From the NCBI GenBank assembly GCA_963748625.1, contig CAVVJT010000007.1, positions 672,001-736,000 on the forward strand: a stretch of 64,000 bases of DNA. The letters run 5' to 3'. Each line of letters begins with the position of its first letter. Within the stretch, counting starts at the first letter, position 1. Of this stretch, positions 48,895 to 58,428 are shown one piece after another. Under the pieces are notes generated by a model. It was given only the letters and a program-made list of their open reading frames with translations, did not search any database and was not told the origin of the DNA. Made by a program: the position numbers and the translations under genes. This stretch comes from an uncultured Chloroflexia bacterium. Lineage in GTDB: Bacteria > Chloroflexota > Limnocylindria > Limnocylindrales > CSP1-4.

Positions 48895-49045
48895 GCGACG
48901 GCCACCTTGGTGCGGCGCGCGCCACGGGGCCGGTCGGCCGGCCGTACAGAATCGGTGGGGTGCGGGCTCCCGCAGTTGTCTACTATGCGCTGCGCAAGGC
49001 ACCGGACGGCTCACGGGGGCCGCATGGACTGAGGGAGGGTAGACC

Positions 49046-50779
49046 GTGGCAGCGACCACCGGGGGCGCAACCGGCGTCAAGAAGCGCCGCAAGCCGTCAC
49101 CGATCCTGGGAGGCATCCTCCCGTTCGATCCGAGCCGCATCCCGATGGACGTGGCTGCGGGCGCAACGCTTGCCGCGCTGGCCATCCCCGAGGTGATGGG
49201 CTACACGAAGATCGCCGGCACGCCGGTGGTCACGGGCCTGTACACCCTGCTGCTTCCCGTCCTGTTCTTCGCGCTGTTCGGGTCGTCCCGCCACCTCGTG
49301 GTCGGCGCGGACTCGGCCACCGCCGCGATCCTAGCCATCGGCCTCGCGGGCATGGCGACCACCGATTCGACCGAGTACGTGGCCCTTGCCTCGCTGGCGG
49401 CGCTCATGTGCGGTGTGCTGCTGTTCGGCGCCCGCCTGCTCAAGCTCGGGTTCATCGCCAACTTCCTGTCCCGCAGCGTGCTCGTCGGCTTCCTGACGGG
49501 CGTCGGCATCCAGGTGGCCATGGGCCAGGTCGCGGGCATGTTCGGCGTCCCGAAGGGCGCCGGCGGTCCGATCGAGTCGCTGTTCGGGACGATGCAGAAC
49601 GTCCTCGCCGGCGACGGCAACATCTACGTGATCGCGGTGTCGGCCGCGGTGCTGATCACCGTGGTGGGCCTCGAGAAGGTCAATAAGAAGATCCCGGGCG
49701 CGCTGATCGCCGTCGTGGGAGCGATCGTCCTGTCCTACGCGCTCGACCTGGCCGCCAAGGGCGTCACCACGCTTGGCCCGGTCCAGGGCGGCCTGCCGCC
49801 GATCGGCCTGCCGACCTCGGTGATGACCCTCGAGAACGTCCAGGCCCTGGTCCCCACCGTCATCTCGCTGTTCGTCGTGATCCTGGCCCAGAGCGCCGCC
49901 ACCTCACAGGCCTACGCCGCCCGCTACGGCGACAGCTTCGACGAGAACGTGGACCTGGTCGGCCTCGGTCTCGCCAACGTCGGCGCCGGCATCAGCGGCA
50001 CGTTCGTGGTCAACGGCAGCCCCACCAAGACCGAGATGGTGGACAGCGCGGGTGGCCGCAGCCAGGTCGCCCAGCTCACCGCGGGCGCCATCGTCCTCAT
50101 CGTCCTGCTCTTCCTCACGGGCCCCCTCTCGTACATGCCGAATGCGGTCCTGGCGGCCGTCGTGTTCCTGATCGGCCTCAAGTTGATCGACTACAGGCAC
50201 ATGGCCGGGATCCTGCGCCTGCGGCCCGGCGAGTTCGCGGTCGCGGCGATCACGGCAGCGGTCGTGGTGGTGGTCGGCGTCGAACAGGGCATCTTCCTCG
50301 CGATGGCGCTCTCCGTTGTCGAGCACATGCTGCACAGCTACCGGCCGTACAACGCCCTCCTGACCGTCAAGCCGTCCGGCGGCCTCGCCTACAGCGCGGT
50401 CGAGGAGCACATGGAGGCGGCTCCAGGCCTCTTCGTGTACCAGTTCGGCTCGGGCCTGTACTACGCGAACACGTCGGGCTTCAACGAGCAGGTCCTGGGC
50501 CTGATCGATGACGCGGACCCGCCGGTGAAATGGTTCTGCATCGCGGGCGGCGCGCTCGCCGACGTCGACTACACCGGGGCCGAGGCGCTCCGGGCGCTGG
50601 GCAAGGAGCTCAAGGAGCGGGACGCATCGCTCGTGCTGTGCCGGGTGACCCCGAAGGTGCGCGAGGAGCTGGCCGCGTACGGGCTGATCGAGGAGATCGG
50701 CGAGGACCGGATCTTCGAGGACGCGAGCGAGGTGCTCAAGGCGTACGAGGCGGCCTTCGGCGGCGCGCCGGCGGGCTGA
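49046..50779 (+). CDS. SulP family anion permease with STAS domain
   Basis: AIPEVMGY, FGSSRHLVVG, multi-TM core, C-terminal YYAN...DVDYTG STAS domain. Confidence 0.93.
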   Translation: MAATTGGATGVKKRRKPSPILGGILPFDPSRIPMDVAAGATLAALAIPEVMGYTKIAGTPVVTGLYTLLLPVLFFALFGSSRHLVVGADSATAAILAIGLAGMATTDSTEYVALASLAALMCGVLLFGARLLKLGFIANFLSRSVLVGFLTGVGIQVAMGQVAGMFGVPKGAGGPIESLFGTMQNVLAGDGNIYVIAVSAAVLITVVGLEKVNKKIPGALIAVVGAIVLSYALDLAAKGVTTLGPVQGGLPPIGLPTSVMTLENVQALVPTVISLFVVILAQSAATSQAYAARYGDSFDENVDLVGLGLANVGAGISGTFVVNGSPTKTEMVDSAGGRSQVAQLTAGAIVLIVLLFLTGPLSYMPNAVLAAVVFLIGLKLIDYRHMAGILRLRPGEFAVAAITAAVVVVVGVEQGIFLAMALSVVEHMLHSYRPYNALLTVKPSGGLAYSAVEEHMEAAPGLFVYQFGSGLYYANTSGFNEQVLGLIDDADPPVKWFCIAGGALADVDYTGAEALRALGKELKERDASLVLCRVTPKVREELAAYGLIEEIGEDRIFEDASEVLKAYEAAFGGAPAG

Positions 50780-50814
50780 GGACCGGCGGGCTGAGGACCG
50801 GCGGGCTGAGGACC
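50770..50814. repeat. 15-bp tandem repeat x3 (GGCGGGCTGAGGACC) spanning the sulP stop
   Basis: Read directly. Confidence 0.85.
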
Positions 50815-51081
50815 CGTTCCGGCACCCGGCCCGGCATACCCGGCCCAAGAACACCTCGTACGGCCCAGGATCCCTGCGTCTGGCCCACCACGGGGGCGTT
50901 TAGGGGTCCCGCACGCACGCACTGCGCACGGAACCCGGGGTTTGCCCCCCGGCTCGTGCGCAGACGGCCGCGAGACGGCCCCCACGTGGGGCGCGTCGCG
51001 ACGTACGTCCCGGATGGGCCGCGCCTGGCACGCTCGCGCCGACTGGGCACGCGCGTGGCCGGGGCGTGCGTGGGCTGGGCG

Positions 51082-51217
51082 TCGCGTGGCCCCCGGGGCT
51101 CGCGTGGCCTCCGGGGCTCGCGTGGCCCCGGGGCTCGCGTGGCCCCCGGGGCTCGCGTGGCCCCCGGGGCTCGCGTGGCCCCCGGGGCTCGCGTGGCCTC
51201 CGGGGCGTCGCGTGGCC
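51082..51217. repeat. About 18-bp tandem repeat x7.5 (TCGCGTGGCCYCCGGGGC)
   Basis: Head-to-tail copies with minor variants, no spacers. Confidence 0.9.
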
Positions 51218-51366
51218 TGCCGCCTGGCGGGCACTGTGTGCGGAGTTCCGCGCAGGCGTCCCGCCCAGCGGGAGGCTGGACCCACATCACGCCCAATTCG
51301 GCGGGATCGTGCCGTCTGGCGGGCAGGGTGTGGGGAATCCTGCACGCAAGGCCCGCTGCGCGGGAG

Positions 51367-51545
51367 GCGGGCCGCGCGCCGCGGGTGGACGCGGGCCGCG
51401 CGCCGCGGGTTGAACGCGGGCCGCGCGCCGCGGGTGTGAACGCGGGCCGCGCGCCGCGGGTGAACGGGGCGCGCGCGGGGTGAACGCGGGCCGCGCGCCG
51501 CGGGTGGACGCGGGCCGCGCGCCGCGGGTGGACGCGGGCCGCGCG
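51367..51545. repeat. About 24-bp tandem repeat x7.5 (GCGGGCCGCGCGCCGCGGGTGRAC)
   Basis: Head-to-tail copies of 20-26 bp, no unique spacers. Confidence 0.9.
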
Positions 51546-51557
51546 TCCCGGCCGTCC

Positions 51558-52952
51558 TCAGCTGCCGATGGCGCGCTTGTCCTCCGCCAACCGCCCGTCC
51601 TTGAGCGCTGACTTGAAGCGCCGGTAGTCGGCGTCGTTCTGCGCGGCGTACGCCTCCGCGAAGTCCGCCACCGCCCGGTCGAACAGGTCGCTGCCGCCCA
51701 AGTAGCCGGCGATCGCAAGCCGGTCACCCGAGCGCGCGTGGGCGAGCGCCAGCGCCGCGCCGCAGACCCGCAGGTAGAGCGTCAGGCCCGAACGGTGGGA
51801 GCGCTCGACGTCCATCGACCACTTCATGTCGGCCAGCTGGCGCACGTACAGGTCGCGCCCGTCAGCGTCGGTCGCCCAGCCCAGGAAGATGTCGCTGGCC
51901 GCCTGCATGAGCCGCTGCCCGGCAACCACGCGGTGCCCGTGCTGCGCGAGCACGCGACCCCCCGTGTAGGGGGCGAGTACGGAGGCCCTGGCCTCCTTGA
52001 GCTGCAGGAACAGCGGGTCGTCGTCGTCACGGCCCTGGAGCAGGACCGCGTATGCGGCCAGACCCACGCTGCCCACCCCGACAACCTTGCGCGCCGTGTC
52101 CACGAGGCGGTAGCGGCCGTAGAGCTCCTTCTGGTCGTCGCGCAGCGAGGCCGCATAGGCCTTCATCACCTTGTGCAGCACCTTCGTCTCGTCCGGGTCC
52201 GAGGTGCGCACCAGGAGCGGCGGGTGGCTCAGGAACCGGCGCTCGCCGCCTTCGACCGTGGTCAGCTTGCGGAAGTTGTGGATGCTGTCGGCCGCCGCGG
52301 CGACCGCCACGAGCCCCTCGAGGCGCTTGCGGAGGGCGCGCGTGGTGGCCTGGTCGAACAGCGACTCCACCTCGAGGCGCGCGTACCAGGCGTCGAGATC
52401 GGAGGCACCCGCGAGGGCGAGCATGCGCTCCCGATAGCCGGCCATGGCGGCGAGGACCAGATCGCGGGCGCCAGTCCTCCCGTAGCCGATCCCTCGGGCG
52501 CCCACCACGATGCTCGCCGCGAGCCGCTTGAGGTCCCACTCCCACGGCCCGGGATGCGTCTCGTCGAAGTCGTTGACGTCGAACACGAGGCGCCGGTCCG
52601 GCGCTGCGTACACGCCGAAGTTGAGCAGGTGGGCGTCGCCGCACAGCTGGGCGGTGATCCCGCTGGACGGGGTGCTGGCGAGGTCCGCGGCCATGATCGC
52701 GGCGGCGCCGCGGTAGAAGGTGAACGGGGACACTCGCATCCGGGCGTGGCGGATCGGGACCAGGTCCGGGATCCGCTCACGGGCCTGCTCGGCAAGGATC
52801 TCGACGGGGTCCCGACGATCTGCGGGTGCCATCCAGCCGCCGTGGCCCGAGCGCGCCGCGCTGGTGCGGGCGGCGCGGCCCGCCGCAAGGCGCTCGGCGA
52901 CGGTCTGCTGCGGGCTCGGCGCGGCCTCGGCCGACATGCCTGTCCTGGCCAT
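51558..52952 (-). CDS. DUF2252 domain protein (kinase-like)
   Basis: SPFTFYRGAA, CGDAHLLNFG, FDVNDFDE, KVVGVGSVG, LQLKEA, MQAASDIFLGW, LALAHARSGD. Confidence 0.92.
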   Translation of the reverse strand: MARTGMSAEAAPSPQQTVAERLAAGRAARTSAARSGHGGWMAPADRRDPVEILAEQARERIPDLVPIRHARMRVSPFTFYRGAAAIMAADLASTPSSGITAQLCGDAHLLNFGVYAAPDRRLVFDVNDFDETHPGPWEWDLKRLAASIVVGARGIGYGRTGARDLVLAAMAGYRERMLALAGASDLDAWYARLEVESLFDQATTRALRKRLEGLVAVAAAADSIHNFRKLTTVEGGERRFLSHPPLLVRTSDPDETKVLHKVMKAYAASLRDDQKELYGRYRLVDTARKVVGVGSVGLAAYAVLLQGRDDDDPLFLQLKEARASVLAPYTGGRVLAQHGHRVVAGQRLMQAASDIFLGWATDADGRDLYVRQLADMKWSMDVERSHRSGLTLYLRVCGAALALAHARSGDRLAIAGYLGGSDLFDRAVADFAEAYAAQNDADYRRFKSALKDGRLAEDKRAIGS

Positions 52953-53036
52953 GAAATCCTCCCACTGGTGGCTACCGGTATGGTGCTCCGCCGGGGCTCA
53001 TCCCGCTCACGCATTCCCGCTCCCCCATGACGGGCG

Positions 53037-54455
53037 ATGCGCCCACCCCGTACGCTTGGCTTCGTGCACGCCCCCCTGACCGCTGGCCCGTACTCGGGCC
53101 CGCCGGCCTTCCACCTGCTCGCCAAGCCGACCGGCGCGACCTGCAACCTCGACTGCGCCTACTGCTTCTTCCTGTCCAAGGAGATGCTCTATCCGGGCTC
53201 CCGCTTCCGCATGGCCGACGAGATGCTGGAGCAGTACATCCGCCAGCTGATCGAGGCGCACCGCGTCCCACACGTGAGCATCGCCTGGCAGGGCGGCGAG
53301 CCCACGATGATGGGCGTGGACTTCTTCCGCCGCTCCGTGGAGCTGGTCGAGAAGCACCGGCGTCCGGGCATGACGGTCGAGTACACGATCCAGACGAACG
53401 GCACCCTGATCGACGACGAGCTGGCCGCCTTCTTCAAGCAGCACGACTTCCTGGTCGGGCTGTCGGTGGACGGGCCGGCGGCGATGCACGACGCCTACCG
53501 CGTGGACCGTGGCGGCGCGCCCACGTTCGACCGGGTCATGCGCGGCCTGCGCCACCTCCAGGACCACGGCGTGGAGTTCAACACGCTCACCACGCTGCAC
53601 CACGCGAATGCAGACCACCCGGTCGAGGTCTACCGGTTCCTGCGCGACGAGCTGGGCTCGCGGTTCATGCAGTTCATCCCGATCGTGGAACGGCTGCCGG
53701 CGCCGCGGATCGACGTGCCCCTCGAGGAGCTTGGCCTGTCCGCGGGCATGGCGCAGCGCGCGCCGTGGCAGTCGTGGCGGGACCGCCCGCTCTACCGCCA
53801 GGAGGGCTCGCTCGTCACCGACCGCTCCGTCACGGCGGACCAGTACGGGTCCTTCCTGGTGGGCGTCTTCGAGGAATGGGTCCGCCGGGATGTCGGCGAG
53901 GTCTTCGTGCAGATGTTCGACACGGCGCTCGCCTCGTGGGCGGGCGAGCCGCAATCGCTGTGCATCTTCGCCGAGACGTGCGGCGGCGCCCTGGCCCTGG
54001 AGCACAACGGCGACCTGTACTCCTGCGACCACTTCGTCGAGGAGGCGCACAAGCTTGGCAACATCGCGGACACACCGATGGCGGAGTTGGTGGCCTCGGA
54101 GCAGCAGGTCGCCTTCGGCCTCGCCAAGCGCGACACCCTGCCCGCGTTCTGCCGCTCGTGTGACGTGCGGTTCGCGTGCAACGGCGGCTGCCCGAAGGAC
54201 CGCTTCATCCACGCGCCCGACGGCGAGCCCGGCCTCAACTACCTGTGCGCTGGCTACAAGGCCTTCTTCCACCACGTCGACGGGCCGATGCGCTTCATGG
54301 CCGAGCAGCTCCGGCGCGGCCTGCCGCCGTCCGACATCGTGCAGCTCTACGCCCAGCGCGATGCCGCCGCTCGCGAGGCTGCCCGGCGCCTGGGCCGCAA
54401 CGATCCGTGCCCGTGCGGCAGCGGACGCAAGGTGAAGCACTGCCACGGGGCCTGA
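53037..54455 (+). CDS. Anaerobic sulfatase maturase (radical SAM/SPASM, anSME) with C-terminal SEC-C motif
   Basis: KPTGATCNLDCAYC, WQGGEPT, YSCDHFV, CRSC...CNGGCPKDR, GRNDPCPCGSGRKVKHCHG. Confidence 0.94.
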   Translation: MRPPRTLGFVHAPLTAGPYSGPPAFHLLAKPTGATCNLDCAYCFFLSKEMLYPGSRFRMADEMLEQYIRQLIEAHRVPHVSIAWQGGEPTMMGVDFFRRSVELVEKHRRPGMTVEYTIQTNGTLIDDELAAFFKQHDFLVGLSVDGPAAMHDAYRVDRGGAPTFDRVMRGLRHLQDHGVEFNTLTTLHHANADHPVEVYRFLRDELGSRFMQFIPIVERLPAPRIDVPLEELGLSAGMAQRAPWQSWRDRPLYRQEGSLVTDRSVTADQYGSFLVGVFEEWVRRDVGEVFVQMFDTALASWAGEPQSLCIFAETCGGALALEHNGDLYSCDHFVEEAHKLGNIADTPMAELVASEQQVAFGLAKRDTLPAFCRSCDVRFACNGGCPKDRFIHAPDGEPGLNYLCAGYKAFFHHVDGPMRFMAEQLRRGLPPSDIVQLYAQRDAAAREAARRLGRNDPCPCGSGRKVKHCHGA

Positions 54456-54545
54456 TGACCTGACGCGCCCGGGACATGGAACGGCCGCCACCGGGTCCGA
54501 GTCACCCGGCAGCGGCCGCAGATTGCACCGTGGAAGAACGAGGGG

Positions 54546-57452
54546 CTACCCGGCGGCGCCGGCGCCCACCGCTGCGTGCTGGTTGCTCTGGTGGAGCGCG
54601 AGCTCGTCCTCGAGCGACATCGGGCGGAGGTCGAAGACCACCGTCCGGAGCGTGCCCGTGAACGCGTACGGGGCCTTGTCGGCGTAGTCCTCGTCCACGA
54701 CCCCGCCGTTGTCGCGGCCCATGTCCATGCCGGCATACGTGGTGAACAGCATCGCGCAGGTGTGGTCCAGCCTGCCCTCGCCGATCACCTCCTCGTTGGC
54801 CAGCAGCGTGACGCGCCCGCCGGCGCCCGGCTTCGGCTCGTCCATCTCGAACAGCATCTTCACCAGCACGTCGCCGGTGGGGATGGGGGTGTCCGAGACC
54901 TGCTTGTACGTCTCCACGCCCAGGAACTGGTACGTGTGGACGAGGTGGCCGCGCTCGTCCACCCAGAGCGAGAACCCACCGATGAAGTCCGCGAAGGCGC
55001 ACAGGACGCCCTCGGCGCCACCCTCGGGCACGTGGAGGTCGGCCTCGATGGAGTAGGACCGCCCGTAGATGCGGGGAATGACGGTCGTCGACACGTTCTG
55101 CACGTCGCCGTGGAAGGTGAACCGGGTGGTCGTGGGCATCGGCGGCAGGATCCCGAAGAAGGCCGCCATGCCACCGAGGATCGGCAGGGCCTTGTTGCGC
55201 CCGGCCTCCGCGTAGAAGAGCTCCTTGAGCTCCGCGAGCTTCGCAGGGTTGTCCGCCGCAAGGTTGCGGGCCTGGCTGAAGTCGTCGGGGAGGAAGTAGA
55301 GCTCCCAGTCGTCCTTGTCGGGATCCCAACCGGAGCCCGGCTTGAACCGGGCGAGGGTTGCCGGCGAGAAGTCCCACGGCAGCTTGTCCAGCCTGGCGCA
55401 GGCCCACCAGCCGTCCTTGTAGATGGCACGGGACCCGTACATCTCGAAGTACTGGACCGTGTGCCGTTCCTCGGCCGACGGCTCGTCGATCGTGTACGTG
55501 AACGGGGTGCCGTCCATCGGCTCCTGCGCGATCCCGTCCACCTGCTTGGGCTCCGGGATGCCCACCAGTTCCAGGATCGTGGGGGCCACGTCGATGCAGT
55601 GGGTGAACTGGTCACGCACCGCACCGCCGGCCGGGATGTGCCCGGGCCAGGCCATGACCATCGGATCTCGGGCGCCGCCGAGGTGGCTGGCCATCTGCTT
55701 GCCCCACTGGAAGGGCGTGTTCTGGGCGTGTGCCCAGGCAGCCGCGAAGTGCGGGGCGGAATGCTCGCCGCCCAGGCCCTCGAGGCCGCCGAACTTCTCG
55801 ATCAGGGCCAGCTGCTGCTCGGCGTCGAGGACGAGGCCGTTGAAGAACGTGGTCTCGTTGAAGGACCCGGTGATCGTGCCCTCCATCGACGCCCCGTTGT
55901 CGCCCCAGATGTAGAGCACGAGCGTGTTCTCGAGCTCGCCCATCTCGTCGACGGCGTCGAGCAGGCGCCCGATGTTCCAGTCCGTGTTCTCGGAGAAGCC
56001 GGCGAATACCTCCATCTGGCGGGCATACAGCTTCTTCTCGGCGTCGTTGAGGCTGTCCCAGGCGGGGTAGGGTGCGGGCCGCGGCGCGAGATCGGTGTCC
56101 TGGGGAACGATCCCAAGGGCCTTCTGGCGGGCAATCGTCCGCTCGCGGTAGGCGTCCCAGCCGTCGTCGAACTGGCCCTTGTACTTGTCTGCCCACTCCT
56201 TCGCGACGTGGTGCGGCGCATGGGTCGCCCCGGTCGAGTAGTACATGAACCACGGCTTGTGGGCGTCATGCGCGCGGACGCTGTGGAGCCATTCCACCGA
56301 CTTGTCGGTGATGTCGTCAGGGAAGTAGTAGAGCTTGCCGTCCTTGCCCGCGGGCACGCCGATGGCGGTGTTGTCCTGGACGATGACCGGGTCGTACTGG
56401 CCCGCCGCACCGGTCAGGAACCCCCACCAGTGATCGAAGCCCCAGGCCTGCGGCCAGTACTGGAACGGTCCGGACGGACCCATCGCCCGGCCGGGCGTCA
56501 TGTGCCACTTGCCGAAGCCGCCGGTGACGTACCCGTTCTCCTTGAGGATCTTGGGCAGCGGTGCGGTGGTGCGCGGGAGCTGGCCGGTATAGCCCGGGAA
56601 CGGGCCCGGGAACTCCGCGATGCCGCCCATGCCCACACGATGGTGGTTGCGCCCCGTGAGGAGCGCGGCGCGGGTGGGCGAGCAGACGGCCGTGACGTGG
56701 AAGCGGTTGTAGGTGAGGCCCATCTGCTGGACCCGGGTCAGGCTGGGCGTGCGGATGTCGCCGCCGAAGGTGTCCGGCCCGCCGAAGCCCGCGTCGTCCA
56801 CGAGCACGATCAGCACGTTGGGCGCGCCCTCAGGGGGCTTCGCGCCGGGGATCATCGACCAGTCGGCGACGGAGGTGTCCATCGTCCGGCCGATGCTGCC
56901 GCCGAAGGTCCGGTCCGGGATCGGCAGGACAGTGCGGTCAGGCTGGAACTTGCCCATCGCCTCGGCGAGGGAGTCCTTGAGCGCAAGCGAGCTGCCCTTG
57001 CCGGTCTCCACCACGGACCGCCCGAGGGCGCCGCCGAGGGCCTGCTGGATCGCGAACGCCTGGTCCTCGTCGAACATCGCGATGACGACGGCCGATCCGG
57101 GCGGCAGCGCCTTGCCCAGCTTGTCCTCGAGCCCAGTCTCCAGGCGCTTGCTGGCGAACTTGCCCATGAGGCCGCCCGCGGCCGCGCCCACGACGGTGGC
57201 AGCGAGCAGCGGCGGTGCCGCAAGGCCCACGAGGACGCCGACGCTGCCACCCCACCCTGCGCCCTTGCGGCCGAGGTGGTCGGCGGTCTGGCGGACGACG
57301 ACCTTGCCCTCTGCGTCGTGGGTGACGAGGATCGCGGCCTCGGCCTTGATCTCCTTCTTCGCGATCCGGGCGGCGAGGGCGTCGAACTCCCCGGTCGCCT
57401 TGTCCAGGTCCGGGTAGACCGCGACCAGGACCTGGGTTGCCGTGTCGGCCAT
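54546..57452 (-). CDS. atsB: Cys-type arylsulfatase with N-terminal DUF1269-like domain (mycobacterial AtsB-like)
   Basis: AAGGGAG RBS; DUF1269-like first ~165 aa; PNVLIVLVDDAGFG, CSPTRAALLTG, GKWH, GDNG. Architecture and C-terminus (AVGAGAAG) recall M. tuberculosis AtsB from memory. Confidence 0.88.
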   Translation of the reverse strand: MADTATQVLVAVYPDLDKATGEFDALAARIAKKEIKAEAAILVTHDAEGKVVVRQTADHLGRKGAGWGGSVGVLVGLAAPPLLAATVVGAAAGGLMGKFASKRLETGLEDKLGKALPPGSAVVIAMFDEDQAFAIQQALGGALGRSVVETGKGSSLALKDSLAEAMGKFQPDRTVLPIPDRTFGGSIGRTMDTSVADWSMIPGAKPPEGAPNVLIVLVDDAGFGGPDTFGGDIRTPSLTRVQQMGLTYNRFHVTAVCSPTRAALLTGRNHHRVGMGGIAEFPGPFPGYTGQLPRTTAPLPKILKENGYVTGGFGKWHMTPGRAMGPSGPFQYWPQAWGFDHWWGFLTGAAGQYDPVIVQDNTAIGVPAGKDGKLYYFPDDITDKSVEWLHSVRAHDAHKPWFMYYSTGATHAPHHVAKEWADKYKGQFDDGWDAYRERTIARQKALGIVPQDTDLAPRPAPYPAWDSLNDAEKKLYARQMEVFAGFSENTDWNIGRLLDAVDEMGELENTLVLYIWGDNGASMEGTITGSFNETTFFNGLVLDAEQQLALIEKFGGLEGLGGEHSAPHFAAAWAHAQNTPFQWGKQMASHLGGARDPMVMAWPGHIPAGGAVRDQFTHCIDVAPTILELVGIPEPKQVDGIAQEPMDGTPFTYTIDEPSAEERHTVQYFEMYGSRAIYKDGWWACARLDKLPWDFSPATLARFKPGSGWDPDKDDWELYFLPDDFSQARNLAADNPAKLAELKELFYAEAGRNKALPILGGMAAFFGILPPMPTTTRFTFHGDVQNVSTTVIPRIYGRSYSIEADLHVPEGGAEGVLCAFADFIGGFSLWVDERGHLVHTYQFLGVETYKQVSDTPIPTGDVLVKMLFEMDEPKPGAGGRVTLLANEEVIGEGRLDHTCAMLFTTYAGMDMGRDNGGVVDEDYADKAPYAFTGTLRTVVFDLRPMSLEDELALHQSNQHAAVGAGAAG

Positions 57453-57589
57453 GTGTCGTGCTCCCTTGTCGGGCTGCGTCGGCGGCGATTGCGGATACGC
57501 GCGGCGGTTTGCGGACAGGACAACAGGCGCGGTGGCGCCCGGCATCACCCCATCAGTGTGAACCAGCCCGCGACCGGATGCTCGCCCGG

Positions 57590-58428
57590 TCAGGCCTCCT
57601 GCAGCCGGAGGACGCGCAGGAGGCGGGCGACCTCGGTCGCGGTGGCCGCGCGCGCGGGCGCAAGGTACTTGCGCGGGTCGCTGGAGTCCGTGGCGGCCAG
57701 GCGCTCTCGCACGATGGCGGTGAAGACCCCGTTGAGATGGGTGGCGATGTTGACCTTGCTGATGCCGGCGCGGACGGCCTCACGAAGGCCATCGTCCGAG
57801 ACGCCACTGGAGCCGTGCAGGACCAGGGGCACGGGGACGGCTGCGCGCAGCTCGCGCAGGAGCCCGTAGTCCAGGACCGCATCGCGGGTGCGCATCGCGT
57901 GGCTGGTGCCCACGGCGACGGCCAGCGCGTCCACGCCCGTCGCCTCCACGAAGGCGACCGCCTCGTCAGGGTTCGTCCGGGCGCCGGGTGCGTGGACCCC
58001 GTCCTTGCCGCCCACCTCGCCCAGCTCGGCCTCCACGCGGGCGCCGGCGGCATGGGCGCGCGCGACCACCTCGGCGGTCTGGCGCACGTTCTCGTCGTAC
58101 GGGAGGACCGAGGCGTCGAACATGACGGACGGGACACCAAGGTCCGAGTGCCGCGGTAGACGAGGTCCATGGAGGTCGCATGGTCGAGGTGGACGACCAC
58201 CGGGACCGGCGCCTCGGCGGCGAGCGCGAGGGAGGCAGCGGCCATCGGCACGAGGCTGCCGTGGTACGTCACGGTGTTCTCGCTGAGCTGCAGGATCACC
58301 GGGAGCCGGGCATCGACCGCGCCCGCGACGATGGCCTCGGCCAGCTCGAACGGGATCAGGTTGAACGCCCCGACGGCCACGCCGTCGGCGCGGGCCTGGG
58401 CGAGGACGGCGGCGGCATCAACGGGCAT
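57590..58428 (-). pseudogene. Class II fructose/tagatose-bisphosphate aldolase, frameshifted near 58143-58152 (real lesion or sequencing error)
   Basis: N-half GAFN...VHLDHA in one frame; C-half SVMFDAS...EAELG...AVGTSH...LVLHGSSG...KVNIAT in another. Confidence 0.85.

Noticed and set aside
50530-51483. ORFs translated through the tandem arrays
   Set aside because: Low-complexity products in several frames caused by stop-free GC repeats.
51082-51545. Possible CRISPR array
   Set aside because: Repeats are head-to-tail with no unique spacers, and no cas genes are in the window.
54576-57869. 1097-aa plus-strand ORF (and similar long antisense ORFs such as 8719-10794, 37747-39315, 59591-61471)
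   Set aside because: These are shadow ORFs of high-GC3 genes on the opposite strand, with no recognisable motifs.
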